Positions 10,101 through 18,366 of a stretch of 64,000 nucleotides of DNA are shown here, one piece after another. Source of the stretch: Schmidtea nova. Taxonomy: Eukaryota. A model generated the notes under the pieces. The model searched no databases. It saw only the letters and a program-made list of their open reading frames with translations, and had not been told where the DNA came from. A program made the position numbers and the translations under genes. Position 1 is the first letter of the stretch. Every line of letters starts with the position of its first letter. The DNA is taken from NCBI GenBank assembly GCA_044892505.1, contig CM097883.1, positions 157,976,001-158,040,000 of the forward strand, given 5' to 3'.

Positions 10101-13100
10101 GGAAAACGTCTACAGGAGACAGTAAAAGGAGAGAAACCGTTCACAACTAAAGTACAAGAAAAAGAGGTGAGGATGAGAGAGACGCCAACAGTATTGGTTA
10201 CATCAAACGCAAATATAGGAATGAGGTTTGTAAAAGGAAAACCGGCATTAAAATGTGGTGTTTCTATGTTAGAAACAAATTATCCAGGTATTTATGTATC
10301 AAGACAAGCAGCACCGAATGCAAAACCTAAGATAGATACTACAGACATCAAATTACACGTATATTTAAATAACAAATTGGATTTTTTATTTCACAAAGGC
10401 CAAGCATCAATGGAGAAAATATACTACGATCTCATTAACAACGACTGTATATTGAACAGAGAAATATTAAAGACGAAACTAGCAGTAGCAATTACAAACC
10501 CGGATAGTGCGATGCCATTATTACCACTTAACGAAGGTCATTTTGGAAGAGTAGTTGGAGAAGTTATGTATGTATATATATGCCAAAAGACACAAGCAAA
10601 CCTAGCACCAACGACCAGAATACGACAAGGACAATGTACCAACGAATTGGAAATTGAATATAAAGGGAAAATAAGATATGTACAACCAGTGACAAGAATC
10701 ATTAACCCAGTTAGTTTTGAACCAAACCCTTTCAATTGCAGTAATGCATACGGACCATTATATCAGAAACCAGACGGGAATTGGGTCATGTTTCCGTCAA
10801 GATCAGAAGTACAACCACCTAGAGAATTTGAATTGATGCAACTTTCAAAAGGACGAAAATTTTCCAATATATATGTAAATAACGGAGGAATCTACAGTGC
10901 AAAAGATCTTGAAGCAGCACGACAAAATATATTATTCCCAGCTAGAAGAGAAGCAGTATTATCTAGCATTGTAACGATAACAGGAGGAACAAGTTACCAA
11001 GGAGGACCAAATTATGAATTATTACTGTCACCAGCACACTTTAAGAAAGCAACAGAAAATATGATGAAAGCAATGTGGGGACGATTTTTAATTTTCGGAC
11101 AAATGATGGCCGGAATACTAGGTGTAATTTTAATCATACAAATAATACGAGTGATAATCACACAAATGCTAGCATGTTTTGATATTTATAAAAGAGAAAA
11201 GAAAGTTAATTGGAAATTAATAGCAGGATTTTTACCATTTTTAGCAAAAACGATGGTGTTACATGGTCACTCAAAAGATATTCATAGAATAAAAAGATTG
11301 TTAAAAATACTGGCAAAAATGAAAGGAACAGATGAAGACGTGGGAAGAAAATTCAAAAAGATAATGACAGATGAACAAGCGAGATTACAATTAAAAAGCG
11401 AAAGAAAAGGATTATGGGAAAGAATAAGAGGAGATAAAACTCAAGATGATTCCAGTGATGACGATGATAACAATGACGACTGTGAAGGAGGGCAAAGGTA
11501 TAGAAACCAAGCACCGCAATATAGCGACAAGAATCCAACAGAAGCATGGAAATGTCACGCACCTCCACCAACAATGTACCAAGAACCATTACAGGTATCA
11601 GGACACAGAGCAATGCAAATGATGCCAAGGACAACTTTATATCCAATTATACCAGAAGATTATAAACTTAGACGATGTAGAAGTATGGATCCGCAAGACG
11701 ATTCACTCACAATTGCAGTCATGTCATCAAATACAGGACCAGTATTAACTACAACCATAGAAATAAATGGAAAAGAAATAGAAGCGATGATAGATACAGG
11801 AGCAAATATTTCGGCGATAGATATCAAATGGATACCGCAAGAACGAAGACAAGAAATCGAAAGAACAAATGTTCATGTAATAGCATGTAGTAAAGAGATA
11901 GTTGAAGTTGCAGGAAGATGGTGGGTGAAAATACGACACCAAAATAGAGAAATCGAAACCTATGTAGCAGTAATACCAGCTTTAAGTGTACCATGTATAA
12001 TCGGAACAGATTTAATGCCAACACTATTTAAAGAAATAATCATCGACCTTGGAACAATGAGATTAAAGGACAGAACAGGGAAAATATGTGCCATGAAAAC
12101 AAAAGTAATAAACTCGAAACAAATAATGATACCGGAAGAGAGAATCATGACGAGATCACAAACCATCAGAATAAATATGTTCAGAGCGGAAGAAATTAAC
12201 ACAACTAGTCAAGTAGACAGTGAGAAAATCGATGTTGACAAAGAAATCGTACGGAAAGCCAAAGAAATAAACGAAAGATGGGAAATCAGACGAGAAAATG
12301 ACGTATTATGGGATGTACGACAAATAATTAGTGATTACGCACGAGGATGCCCAACCAAACCAATTATAATAGAATTACTAAAGAAAATACCAGAGATACT
12401 CGTATTACAAGATACAGGAGGTGCAACTGCACTGCACAATGCCATAAGTTGGGGTAAAACAGAAAAGGTAAAAGAATTCTTGAAAATAGCAAAAGAAACG
12501 AATCAAAATCTAGACATTGTAAATCGAGAATTAGAAACGCCAATGATGACAGCAACACTAAGCTTAGCAGATAAAGAAATAGTAGATATGCTGATTAACG
12601 CAGAATTCAACTGGACAGCTCGAGATAGAAGAGGAAACACAGTTTTAAACCATGCAATAATGAGTGAAAATCAAATGATACTAAAACATATAACAACCAA
12701 CCTCACATGGGAAATCGATGAATTAATCAAAGGAGAAATTATGAAGGAAGCGATTCGGAAAGGAAACCCTAAAACAATATGGAAACTAATACAATGGAAA
12801 TGGCCGGATAATAAAACATGGGTATTGGATATAAACAAAGAATTTAGCGAAGGACAGAATGCACTATTGAGATACTTGTTAGAGTTTACGTGCGATCAGA
12901 GAACGATGTTAGCACTAATAAATAGAGAAAAAATAAATATTAGTAAAAACGAAGAGGAATATAAACTAGAAGTTGAAAAGAAAGCTTTATTCAGGAAAAT
13001 TTGGGTATGGTGTCAAAAACAAATACGCAAAGACATAAGCTACAAAAATCTAAATGATTTCCAAGAAAAGTATAAGATAATAATAAAGGAATACAAGAAG

Positions 13101-16100
13101 CTAGTGGAGATATTAAACGATCCAGAAAAATTTAATCAAGCAATAAATCAGAAAGAAGAAGAAAGTAAAAGGATACTCACACCATTATTCAATGCGAAGA
13201 TAGATTACCAAGAAAGATTGGATGCAATACACAAAAAAGCAAAGGAACTATTACCAGAATTCAAAGATACTAAATACGCCTTGGAAATACTTGGCGCGAT
13301 AGTAGAAAAAGTACACGCGTACGCGAAAGGAATATATAATGGAAGCGATATAATAATTATAAAAAGAGAGATGCCAGTTGCGTTTTTATTAACAAAAGAA
13401 AGAATAATGCCGATTCATAGAGCATTGAGAGCAGGAAAAGACAGTAAAGTAATCGAAATCGCAAGATTAATGCATCAATGTGGATGTGATATGAATATGA
13501 TAGACGAAAAAGGAGACACCCTCATGGTATACGCAGCAAGAGCAAAAACAAAAATCAAAGTATTAGAAGAATTATATAAAGCAGGCGCAGGATTAATCGG
13601 AAAAACTAGCAAAGACAACTCAATATTAGACGTGACATTATTAGGTCCAAACTGGGAAATGTTGAATTTCATTAAAACGATAACAAACCAGGAAGAAATA
13701 GATTATTTAACAGAAACCGTAAAAGGACCAAGCATATTGACAATGATGCAAAACATCAAATTGACAGAAGAAGTATTAAACTGGAAAATACCAAATACAA
13801 ATAAACCAGCATTTAAAGTTAACAAGTTTATGGAGAAAAATCGAAATTGGTGTATCCAAAGCGCACTAATAACTTATATATGGCCCGAAATTGTAGAAAT
13901 TTTTATGAGAAGAGAAGACCTGAGATTTACAAACAAGCCTAAAGAAACGGAAAAGGTAGTTAAATGGAAAGAATTGATGAAAACACACCTTCAAAGTTGG
14001 ATAAAAGCCAAGAAAGAAATTATACAGTATCAGTTAGACAAGAAAAAGATACCCGAAGATATAGAATTCCAGGAATTCGAAGCCAGTAACTTAACATCAC
14101 TATATTACGCAAAACTAATAGAAACAAGTAATGTCGAGGACGACATTTTTAACGGGCCAGGGAGAGATAATAATACTGACAAAGACGATGACGATGAAGA
14201 AAACAATGACGACGAGAGAAATAAAGACGATGATGATGATGAAAACAGTCACGGAAATCCAGATAACCACGAACAAACCAATAAAGAAGACGAGAATCAA
14301 GAGGGAAATACAAAGAACCACGAATCCAAAGAACAAAGAGAAGACAACCCTAAAAACAATCACGAAAAGAAAGGAACAAGTTACAGAAGAAATCCATTAT
14401 TCAGACCAGAAGTATTAATGTTCGCAATAATCATAACACTTATGGGACAATGTGAAGCAACGAAACAAGAGATATCAGTAGAAATGGAAGTACCAATACA
14501 AAAAGCATCAACACAAATAATGAATTCAAAGGAAATTGAACAAGTATGTTGGGTCAAAGAGAACGAAATTCTCGGAGATAACAACCTATTACGATGTATA
14601 ATCCCAAACCCCGAGCGAAAAACCATAATAATCGACGAAATGGATATGGAGACATGGTACAGAATATGTACTATCAGAAAACCCAAGGACGAAAAATCAC
14701 ACAAAATAGTTACATGCCAAGTATACAAGACACCCAAAGTTCGATACGAGTTCACCAATGGAATAGACCTTCCAGGACCATTTTATTTTAGAATAACAAG
14801 AACACCAGCATCAAGAAAAGTCTTACAACCACCAAGAACCAAGATAACAACACCAAGTATAAGGAATACAACGGATAAACCAGAACCAAAAAGACGAACG
14901 AAACAAACCACAAGAGTAATCTATAATTCCAAGTTGTTATGTATAGCACTTATTATGACAATACTGAAGCGATTGGAAGAAGGGATAGAAATGGATACAA
15001 TGACATTAATAGACATGGAAGAGACACGAATGACAAATCAAAAATGTTGGTTTAGAAACGATGAAAAATTAGAATTAAAGGAATCAAGAGAAATTCAAAA
15101 ATTGGAAGCGAGTAAAACGAACAAAGTAATCAAGATAATAAAGATAAAAACAGACAGAATTCATAAACTATGTTTATTGGAAAAAGAGAGAAACAAGAAA
15201 GGAATAACCAATTGTAAAACATTCCAAGCAGGGAAAATAATAACGTTTGCAAGAAAAATGGGGAAAAGAAACAAACAAAATTTCCAGAAATTAACCATAA
15301 CGTTAGAAATAACGGGAATAGAACAAAATGTAAACGGAGTATGCTGGAGAAAATACGAGAAAGAAACGAATAAACATAAATCATCACAATGTCAAACAAT
15401 CAGAGGAACAACTGCAGTGCAAATAAAAAGCTTAGAAAGAAATCAAACGTATGAAATATGCCTAGTAAAGGAAAATGATCAAATAACGAAAGAAGATTTA
15501 GAATGCAGAATATACAAAGCACCGAACAGAGTAAAAACCATTAAAGCAATACGAAAGAATAAAAGACAACAAAAACCGAAGCATACCACTACCGAAAGTC
15601 AAACAGAACCAGAGAGAAAAAACTCAGCAACACTTATACTTTGGAAATTGGATGACAAAACAGTAGAAATATGTTGGACAATGATCAAGAAATATGAAGA
15701 AAGACAACCACAACAATGCGAAAAGATGAATAAAGAAGAGGAGATCAGAATTCAGAACCTACAATTGGACAAACAATACGAAATATGCGCAATAGAAAAG
15801 GCAGATAAATTCGGAAACCAGCAAGAAAAATGTGGAAACTACTATACACCGACAAATACAACGATCAAAGGAAGAATCAAGAAACTAACTTTCGGAGAAT
15901 TGAATCAAACAACGAAACAAATGGAAAACGAGGAAACAATAATAGATTCTTATGCACAATGGAAACCAGAAAAAGTAATCCAGGAAGTCAAAAGGAAACA
16001 ACAAGAACGACAACAATTGGAACTCAAATTGAAAGGACAATATGGACCAATGATCAACCAAAGCAAATTCACCCAAATTAATATTAACAAGCAAAGAAGA

Positions 16101-16349
16101 GAACTAATTGGAGTAGGAATACTGGCAGTATGCGTACCAGTAATAATAATACTATCAATAATATGGCTATGGGACATAATAAAAAAGAAACCAACCAGAC
16201 AATGGCCAGATATAAAGATTATGAATTGTAAAATCAAGATACCAGAAGAAGTAAAGAAAGAATTCCAAAGAAGAACCAAAGGCAAAGAATTTTGGAAGCA
16301 GATCGAAGACGAGGAGCGACACGATGAAAAGGCAGTGATGATAGTATAG
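4116..16349 (+). CDS. 4077-aa polyprotein: Gag - Ubl x4 - AT-hook - Bcl-2-like - class III envelope glycoprotein - aspartic protease - ankyrin repeats - FN3-like membrane protein
   Basis: Single uninterrupted ORF; the frame is open from 4023, track start is TTG 4116, first ATG is 4482. Domain motifs are listed in the sub-features. Confidence 0.92.
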   Translation: MRSRAVSATIEKVDNSQRSKSKQRATSVTKKTNPKGSKSRRVIVEKSKVENSKFAKTNESETEESLSETYDNFNNTEASDNESINTEEVEAEIDNNSNETNNEHTSETRGNESKTTQDSGIEMNEHKEEIKDKFTGEPFNGDASKLETFLKEFGIFVEVCKWKPETIRSRIQLYLKDSALDLYLEAKNSDDQLDNWEKIKNFFQQTFGINKVLNEAFTEFSMRKQKVNESNAVYASELKKLAKLAFNQNSPMSPELMAAIFVGGLRRPDIRAQVGCQGCKTIDEALEIANRFELHMIGSEGRIYLAMDTTQNEQAMKINNHIPNSQQLNRPPPQRRNEGNKIQNYRNQNNYSTQGQTKQCQTCGKLGHWQQECFANLNCKKCGRKGHAENRCYQRSCYNCGQSGHMAMNCQQQNNQQRNWSNNGNRQNYTNQQSNGNRQNFENQQSNYNQNKSTTKEIHLLQEVQRLTELINNTPRGNQQTNQQQMNMMRKVESENERLNRESQARHAQEWARIQREDEQKRQERERQPLRINMMRAANQTRDNKEDIEPETNQIKPNLVDEENQKEIVQENEEVMKQKRMLVVMPNDHVFQFEYDEKEVVGVLINKINKTIPGMTKLPREAFLQTEDEAAIKLKPTDIWKDLGVPMNKMKVTVIQEIEENNDEEKSKPVTKVKSRALKIFEERIKQRKAMEIEKRRGQIEESENNDKKEEIPPKNVPDKVEQTAHINMLRNLTREFSDVESDSDVSSLAGDMLKEPENEDNKIEVAKTPENIQIKEDEIQKLLDNALEVIYNEEFIEKKRYRKFIRAVFRTNYKERLQSREVEILSGYVVKLLDEPLHEYIILIEINECSPRIWIKSPCTNEIYRWVEDRLGSSYKNKFIYSGNELVRRATHLVETGIWPGEITTLSICDNKKEENLQEIAKEANMCFEMRIKPQLVERKERILRENLNSLIEQIIQQIDKNREELTKTEYEKLKQCIENIRDTSHTRHSSYKTWKVIAKMGKAMFKRGEIGDLKIKVKLPNEDTKEIEVIADCTIEELVDVINETLLQREKEDELVDDIIIKYNEHVLGDHDERRLYKIGIWDNYQTIHVIRMDDTPRETPKDEKRRQERQREAMHKLRQIIEIYRRWQIQPEWENVLGELNFNERRLTPVEKHWDVKEKCWKAKGGIYEEEFRPEMEDKYEPEIRRVCMVTRKVMPTDLDGPETAAIWLETQRRKADELIELLKGNVQGKRRTIKGLAEFFVAGGEDIISLRKVAKAVTEYKRVNEWCPEQLDNVIKKWRNQENSQEPPQKIHLRIIYPDREKEELWVRLTEKIRDVKKRLKYETPFHLQHQGRSLENDMEIWITLAQLDLANTLTVDAIAGQPLKLKEKRVRESEDTQNLRKTMQIKPGTSARQYETTSIKTQERTRPQPYDTEEILTDSDDMLEELAKLTKEKGNNIFERVQELPTTSQAINTQDEVEQEIEIEEVNEISEEEARGANTENERFTQEMEKWWEQRNNEPRDVTEETGRETRLIETGTTMDRRPRGRPKTDPANIINKTKEERRQEKWELCLKKLNKIAEAKDQEITQKCQGEGWISKALMEILAIIDPELKKWWRINEISDKAKALHSAIAPILPELIKEKAKSSHLDWQGTTTLIKRLTEDAENDNKYVIAIAYTIYNLLTLSRGNPKSTAIEKHIKNTANIIAKEIEPYVISKGGWETFAKTNQRNSQAKNMKKKFEEILGELEKEKSGTGSGKSSLNLNSIIMMILIWLISVEGATAFEVFDCDQMALGEKYSLRGTEQCKDATPTELKVLHRKQIYHVYQEADLIKTTVNECKIYKTRFAFYCGHRHYSAIVLPGTEREAIMLQGEDCNKLFKHGEVETRDRIKIRGKAGVILQQTYYVAGAITGGEGYCQGATYPKFGVPATNMVVIDTYTVELKAYEAYFDPATGEMKTLSMCKIEASTCQTGMSTLTYRAKANECQLQLLKEAEFDEVQGKIFQEEDDDEVARGKRLQETVKGEKPFTTKVQEKEVRMRETPTVLVTSNANIGMRFVKGKPALKCGVSMLETNYPGIYVSRQAAPNAKPKIDTTDIKLHVYLNNKLDFLFHKGQASMEKIYYDLINNDCILNREILKTKLAVAITNPDSAMPLLPLNEGHFGRVVGEVMYVYICQKTQANLAPTTRIRQGQCTNELEIEYKGKIRYVQPVTRIINPVSFEPNPFNCSNAYGPLYQKPDGNWVMFPSRSEVQPPREFELMQLSKGRKFSNIYVNNGGIYSAKDLEAARQNILFPARREAVLSSIVTITGGTSYQGGPNYELLLSPAHFKKATENMMKAMWGRFLIFGQMMAGILGVILIIQIIRVIITQMLACFDIYKREKKVNWKLIAGFLPFLAKTMVLHGHSKDIHRIKRLLKILAKMKGTDEDVGRKFKKIMTDEQARLQLKSERKGLWERIRGDKTQDDSSDDDDNNDDCEGGQRYRNQAPQYSDKNPTEAWKCHAPPPTMYQEPLQVSGHRAMQMMPRTTLYPIIPEDYKLRRCRSMDPQDDSLTIAVMSSNTGPVLTTTIEINGKEIEAMIDTGANISAIDIKWIPQERRQEIERTNVHVIACSKEIVEVAGRWWVKIRHQNREIETYVAVIPALSVPCIIGTDLMPTLFKEIIIDLGTMRLKDRTGKICAMKTKVINSKQIMIPEERIMTRSQTIRINMFRAEEINTTSQVDSEKIDVDKEIVRKAKEINERWEIRRENDVLWDVRQIISDYARGCPTKPIIIELLKKIPEILVLQDTGGATALHNAISWGKTEKVKEFLKIAKETNQNLDIVNRELETPMMTATLSLADKEIVDMLINAEFNWTARDRRGNTVLNHAIMSENQMILKHITTNLTWEIDELIKGEIMKEAIRKGNPKTIWKLIQWKWPDNKTWVLDINKEFSEGQNALLRYLLEFTCDQRTMLALINREKINISKNEEEYKLEVEKKALFRKIWVWCQKQIRKDISYKNLNDFQEKYKIIIKEYKKLVEILNDPEKFNQAINQKEEESKRILTPLFNAKIDYQERLDAIHKKAKELLPEFKDTKYALEILGAIVEKVHAYAKGIYNGSDIIIIKREMPVAFLLTKERIMPIHRALRAGKDSKVIEIARLMHQCGCDMNMIDEKGDTLMVYAARAKTKIKVLEELYKAGAGLIGKTSKDNSILDVTLLGPNWEMLNFIKTITNQEEIDYLTETVKGPSILTMMQNIKLTEEVLNWKIPNTNKPAFKVNKFMEKNRNWCIQSALITYIWPEIVEIFMRREDLRFTNKPKETEKVVKWKELMKTHLQSWIKAKKEIIQYQLDKKKIPEDIEFQEFEASNLTSLYYAKLIETSNVEDDIFNGPGRDNNTDKDDDDEENNDDERNKDDDDDENSHGNPDNHEQTNKEDENQEGNTKNHESKEQREDNPKNNHEKKGTSYRRNPLFRPEVLMFAIIITLMGQCEATKQEISVEMEVPIQKASTQIMNSKEIEQVCWVKENEILGDNNLLRCIIPNPERKTIIIDEMDMETWYRICTIRKPKDEKSHKIVTCQVYKTPKVRYEFTNGIDLPGPFYFRITRTPASRKVLQPPRTKITTPSIRNTTDKPEPKRRTKQTTRVIYNSKLLCIALIMTILKRLEEGIEMDTMTLIDMEETRMTNQKCWFRNDEKLELKESREIQKLEASKTNKVIKIIKIKTDRIHKLCLLEKERNKKGITNCKTFQAGKIITFARKMGKRNKQNFQKLTITLEITGIEQNVNGVCWRKYEKETNKHKSSQCQTIRGTTAVQIKSLERNQTYEICLVKENDQITKEDLECRIYKAPNRVKTIKAIRKNKRQQKPKHTTTESQTEPERKNSATLILWKLDDKTVEICWTMIKKYEERQPQQCEKMNKEEEIRIQNLQLDKQYEICAIEKADKFGNQQEKCGNYYTPTNTTIKGRIKKLTFGELNQTTKQMENEETIIDSYAQWKPEKVIQEVKRKQQERQQLELKLKGQYGPMINQSKFTQININKQRRELIGVGILAVCVPVIIILSIIWLWDIIKKKPTRQWPDIKIMNCKIKIPEEVKKEFQRRTKGKEFWKQIEDEERHDEKAVMIV
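4482..5345 (+). other. Polyprotein domain: Gag capsid-like region plus three CX2CX4HX4C zinc knuckles (5193-5345)
   Basis: PFNGDASKLETFLKEF...W..IKNFFQQTF capsid-like motif; CQTCGKLGHWQQEC, CKKCGRKGHAENRC, CYNCGQSGHMAMNC. Confidence 0.9.
5850..8212 (+). other. Polyprotein domains: up to four ubiquitin-like (beta-grasp) domains at ~5850-6090, 6636-6850, 7158-7403 and 7995-8212
   Basis: The pattern LKIKVKLPNEDTKEIEVIADCTIEELVDVI...IIIKYNEHVL...LYKIGIWDNYQTIHVI resembles ubiquitin; also KFIYSGNELVRRATHLVETGI and FHLQHQGRSLEND. The first copy is the weakest. Confidence 0.6.
8860..9240 (+). other. Polyprotein domain: divergent Bcl-2-like domain
   Basis: EIEPYVISKGGWETF fits BH2 (Bcl-2 LHTWIQDNGGWDAF), preceded by a degenerate BH1-like RLTEDAENDNKYVIAIAY with correct helix spacing. 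Confidence 0.65.
9351..11261 (+). other. Polyprotein domain: signal peptide plus chuvirus-type class III fusion glycoprotein with furin site and TM anchor
   Basis: Signal NSIIMMILIWLISVEGA; FEVFDC...EQC...ECKIYKTRFAFYCGHRHYS; RGKR at 10098-10109; YLNNKLDFLF...DCILNREILKTKLA...GHFGRVVGEVMYVYIC; TM FLIFGQMMAGILGVILIIQII. Confidence 0.85.
11745..12060 (+). other. Polyprotein domain: retropepsin-type aspartic protease
   Basis: IEINGKEIEAMIDTGANISAI (DTG at 11793) ... CIIGTDLM. Confidence 0.92.
12400..13680 (+). other. Polyprotein domains: two ankyrin-repeat clusters (~12400-12790 and ~13400-13680)
   Basis: DTGGATALHNAISWG, RELETPMMTA, DRRGNTVLNHAI; MPIHRALRAG, DEKGDTLMVYAARA. Confidence 0.85.
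14412..16349 (+). other. Polyprotein C-terminal membrane protein: internal signal sequence, four Cys-conserved FN3-like repeats, TM helix (16104-16172) and short tail
   Basis: Repeat pattern CW-x(n)-C-x(n)-I..L...(Y)EIC-x(n)-C..(Y)..P occurs four times; VLMFAIIITLMGQCEA signal-like segment; LIGVGILAVCVPVIIILSIIWLW TM. Confidence 0.6.
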
Positions 16350-16471
16350 AGGGTGGGATATGACTGTAAATAATATTGTAAATTACAAAGCATTACCGTA
16401 TATAGTATGGGTATTAGTATTATAGAGTATATAAAAAGAGAAAAGAGAAAAATAATAATGTATTTTAGAAA

Positions 16472-16807
16472 ATGAATGTACGAGAAGAAACAACCGAAAT
16501 GACTTTGACTATGCGATGGAAATCACAATGTGAAACGTTAGTTCGATCAATTAATGCACTACAGAATCAATTGGTAGAGAAGCAAAATATATTAGCAGAT
16601 TGTTACAACAATATCTTTGAGCAGTTACATAAAATAGAAGAGCAACAGAGAACAATAACAGAACTAACAAGAGAGAATCAGAGATTGAGACAGACGATGG
16701 AAATAAATCAACTAACAAGAAGAGATGAATCAGAAGGTCAATGGCTAGGTTGGGTAATAAATGGATTAGAGAATGGTATGGAACCAGATTCAACAAGCGA
16801 ACCATAG
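16472..16807 (+). CDS. 111-aa coiled-coil protein of unknown function
   Basis: Heptad-rich ORF; TTTTAG|AAAATG context; same strand and codon style as the element. Confidence 0.6.
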   Translation: MNVREETTEMTLTMRWKSQCETLVRSINALQNQLVEKQNILADCYNNIFEQLHKIEEQQRTITELTRENQRLRQTMEINQLTRRDESEGQWLGWVINGLENGMEPDSTSEP

Positions 16808-16905
16808 TCAAATTGTAGCGGAAAATTGTAGATATGTAAAAATAAAACTCTAGAAAAATCAAAAAAACAAAGAACAAATCAATGTATGTATATATTATTG
16901 TAGAA

Positions 16906-18261
16906 ATGGATAAAGAGGAACGAGCAGTCGAGATTTTGAGAGCAGCAAACAGAAATTGGAACAAGAGATTTGTATGTGGATATTGTAATAATTTATTACG
17001 GAAACCAAAGCAAACCGCCTGTGGATGTAGATTATGCACTAGATGTGTACAAATGTTAGAGTTAAAAGGAATAACAGAATGTCCAGAATGTAAAGAAGGA
17101 CAAATAGTATTAGACGAAACAAGACCAGATAGAGCAACTCAGAGAGAAATCATGAGCATATTAATTGAATGTATAAATCCACCGTGCATATGGCAAGGAC
17201 AAATCAGCGAAATTGAAAATCATATAGAAAATTGTGAAGAAAAGAGAAGCGAATGTGAAAAGTGTAAAGAAACGATAATTTTAAAAGACAAAGAGAAACA
17301 CAGAGATGAATGCAAAGAGGAAGAAATCGCATGTGAATATTGCGAAATTCGAGAAACAAGGAGAAAAATTGAAGAAGAGCACATCAATATAAAAGAAGAG
17401 AGAATATGCGAACAGTATGTAGGAGTGTGCCCAAACAAATGTGAAATTACCGAAGAAGTGAAATTACGAGAACATTGGAAAAAGTGTACAGAAATACCAA
17501 GAGAATGTCCTTACAACAGATATGGATGCAAGGAAAAGAAGTCTCAACAAAATATGAAACAACATTTAGAAACCGAAGCAATCAATCATATGGAAATGAC
17601 AGACAGAAATATTCAGAAATTAGAAAAAGAAGTGGAATCTCATAAAATAATGATGAACCTATTATTAGAAACGAGAGAACAGTTTGAATTAACCCGAGGA
17701 AAGATGGAAAAGAAAATAATAGCCATCAAAGAATTAGCAAAAGGAATGAAAGTGCAATATAACAAGTTAATACAAGAAATTGATGAGAAAAAAGATTTAC
17801 CAATAGCACCTTATGTATGGAAAATAACGGATTTTCGAAATAAATTGGAAGATGCACGAAGCTTCAAGAAAACTGCGGTAATAAGCCCACCATTTTACTT
17901 ATGGAAAAACGGGGCTAAAGTGAGATTGAAAGTATATCCAAACGGAGATGGGAAAAGTATGGGAAAACACCTATCAATAATTTTTGCGTTTTGCAAAGGA
18001 GAATATGACGATTTAATCGATTGGCCTATAGGAGTAGGAGTAATGATAAAAATCAGGGGTTTAAACGAAACCATAGAAAAGAGATTCACGACAGAAAAAG
18101 GAGCAGTTACGAGTAACAGACCAACAGAAGAATGTGGATTAGCAAGTGGAGAACCACACTTTGTATTACAAAGCAAGATATGGGGATTATTGTATGAGGA
18201 CACCTTATACATAGAAATGGAAAGGAACGAGAAGGCAGATAGAAAAGGATGGTTGGCGTAG
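16906..18261 (+). CDS. Full-length TRAF-family protein (RING - TRAF zinc fingers - coiled coil - MATH), intronless; track ORF starts 16882, likely ATG 16906
   Basis: RING CGYCNNLL...CGCRLCTRC...CPEC; several C..C...H...C fingers; MATH YVWKITDF...SPPFY...LKVYPNGDG...HLSI...GEYDDLIDWP. Confidence 0.92.
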   Translation: MDKEERAVEILRAANRNWNKRFVCGYCNNLLRKPKQTACGCRLCTRCVQMLELKGITECPECKEGQIVLDETRPDRATQREIMSILIECINPPCIWQGQISEIENHIENCEEKRSECEKCKETIILKDKEKHRDECKEEEIACEYCEIRETRRKIEEEHINIKEERICEQYVGVCPNKCEITEEVKLREHWKKCTEIPRECPYNRYGCKEKKSQQNMKQHLETEAINHMEMTDRNIQKLEKEVESHKIMMNLLLETREQFELTRGKMEKKIIAIKELAKGMKVQYNKLIQEIDEKKDLPIAPYVWKITDFRNKLEDARSFKKTAVISPPFYLWKNGAKVRLKVYPNGDGKSMGKHLSIIFAFCKGEYDDLIDWPIGVGVMIKIRGLNETIEKRFTTEKGAVTSNRPTEECGLASGEPHFVLQSKIWGLLYEDTLYIEMERNEKADRKGWLA

Positions 18262-18366
18262 CAAGAGAAAATGATCGTGTAAATAAACTGTACAAAACAA
18301 TATAAAACGATAAATAAACAAAAATAATAAAAGTAGTTTGATTGAAAATATTTGTAATTATAGAAA

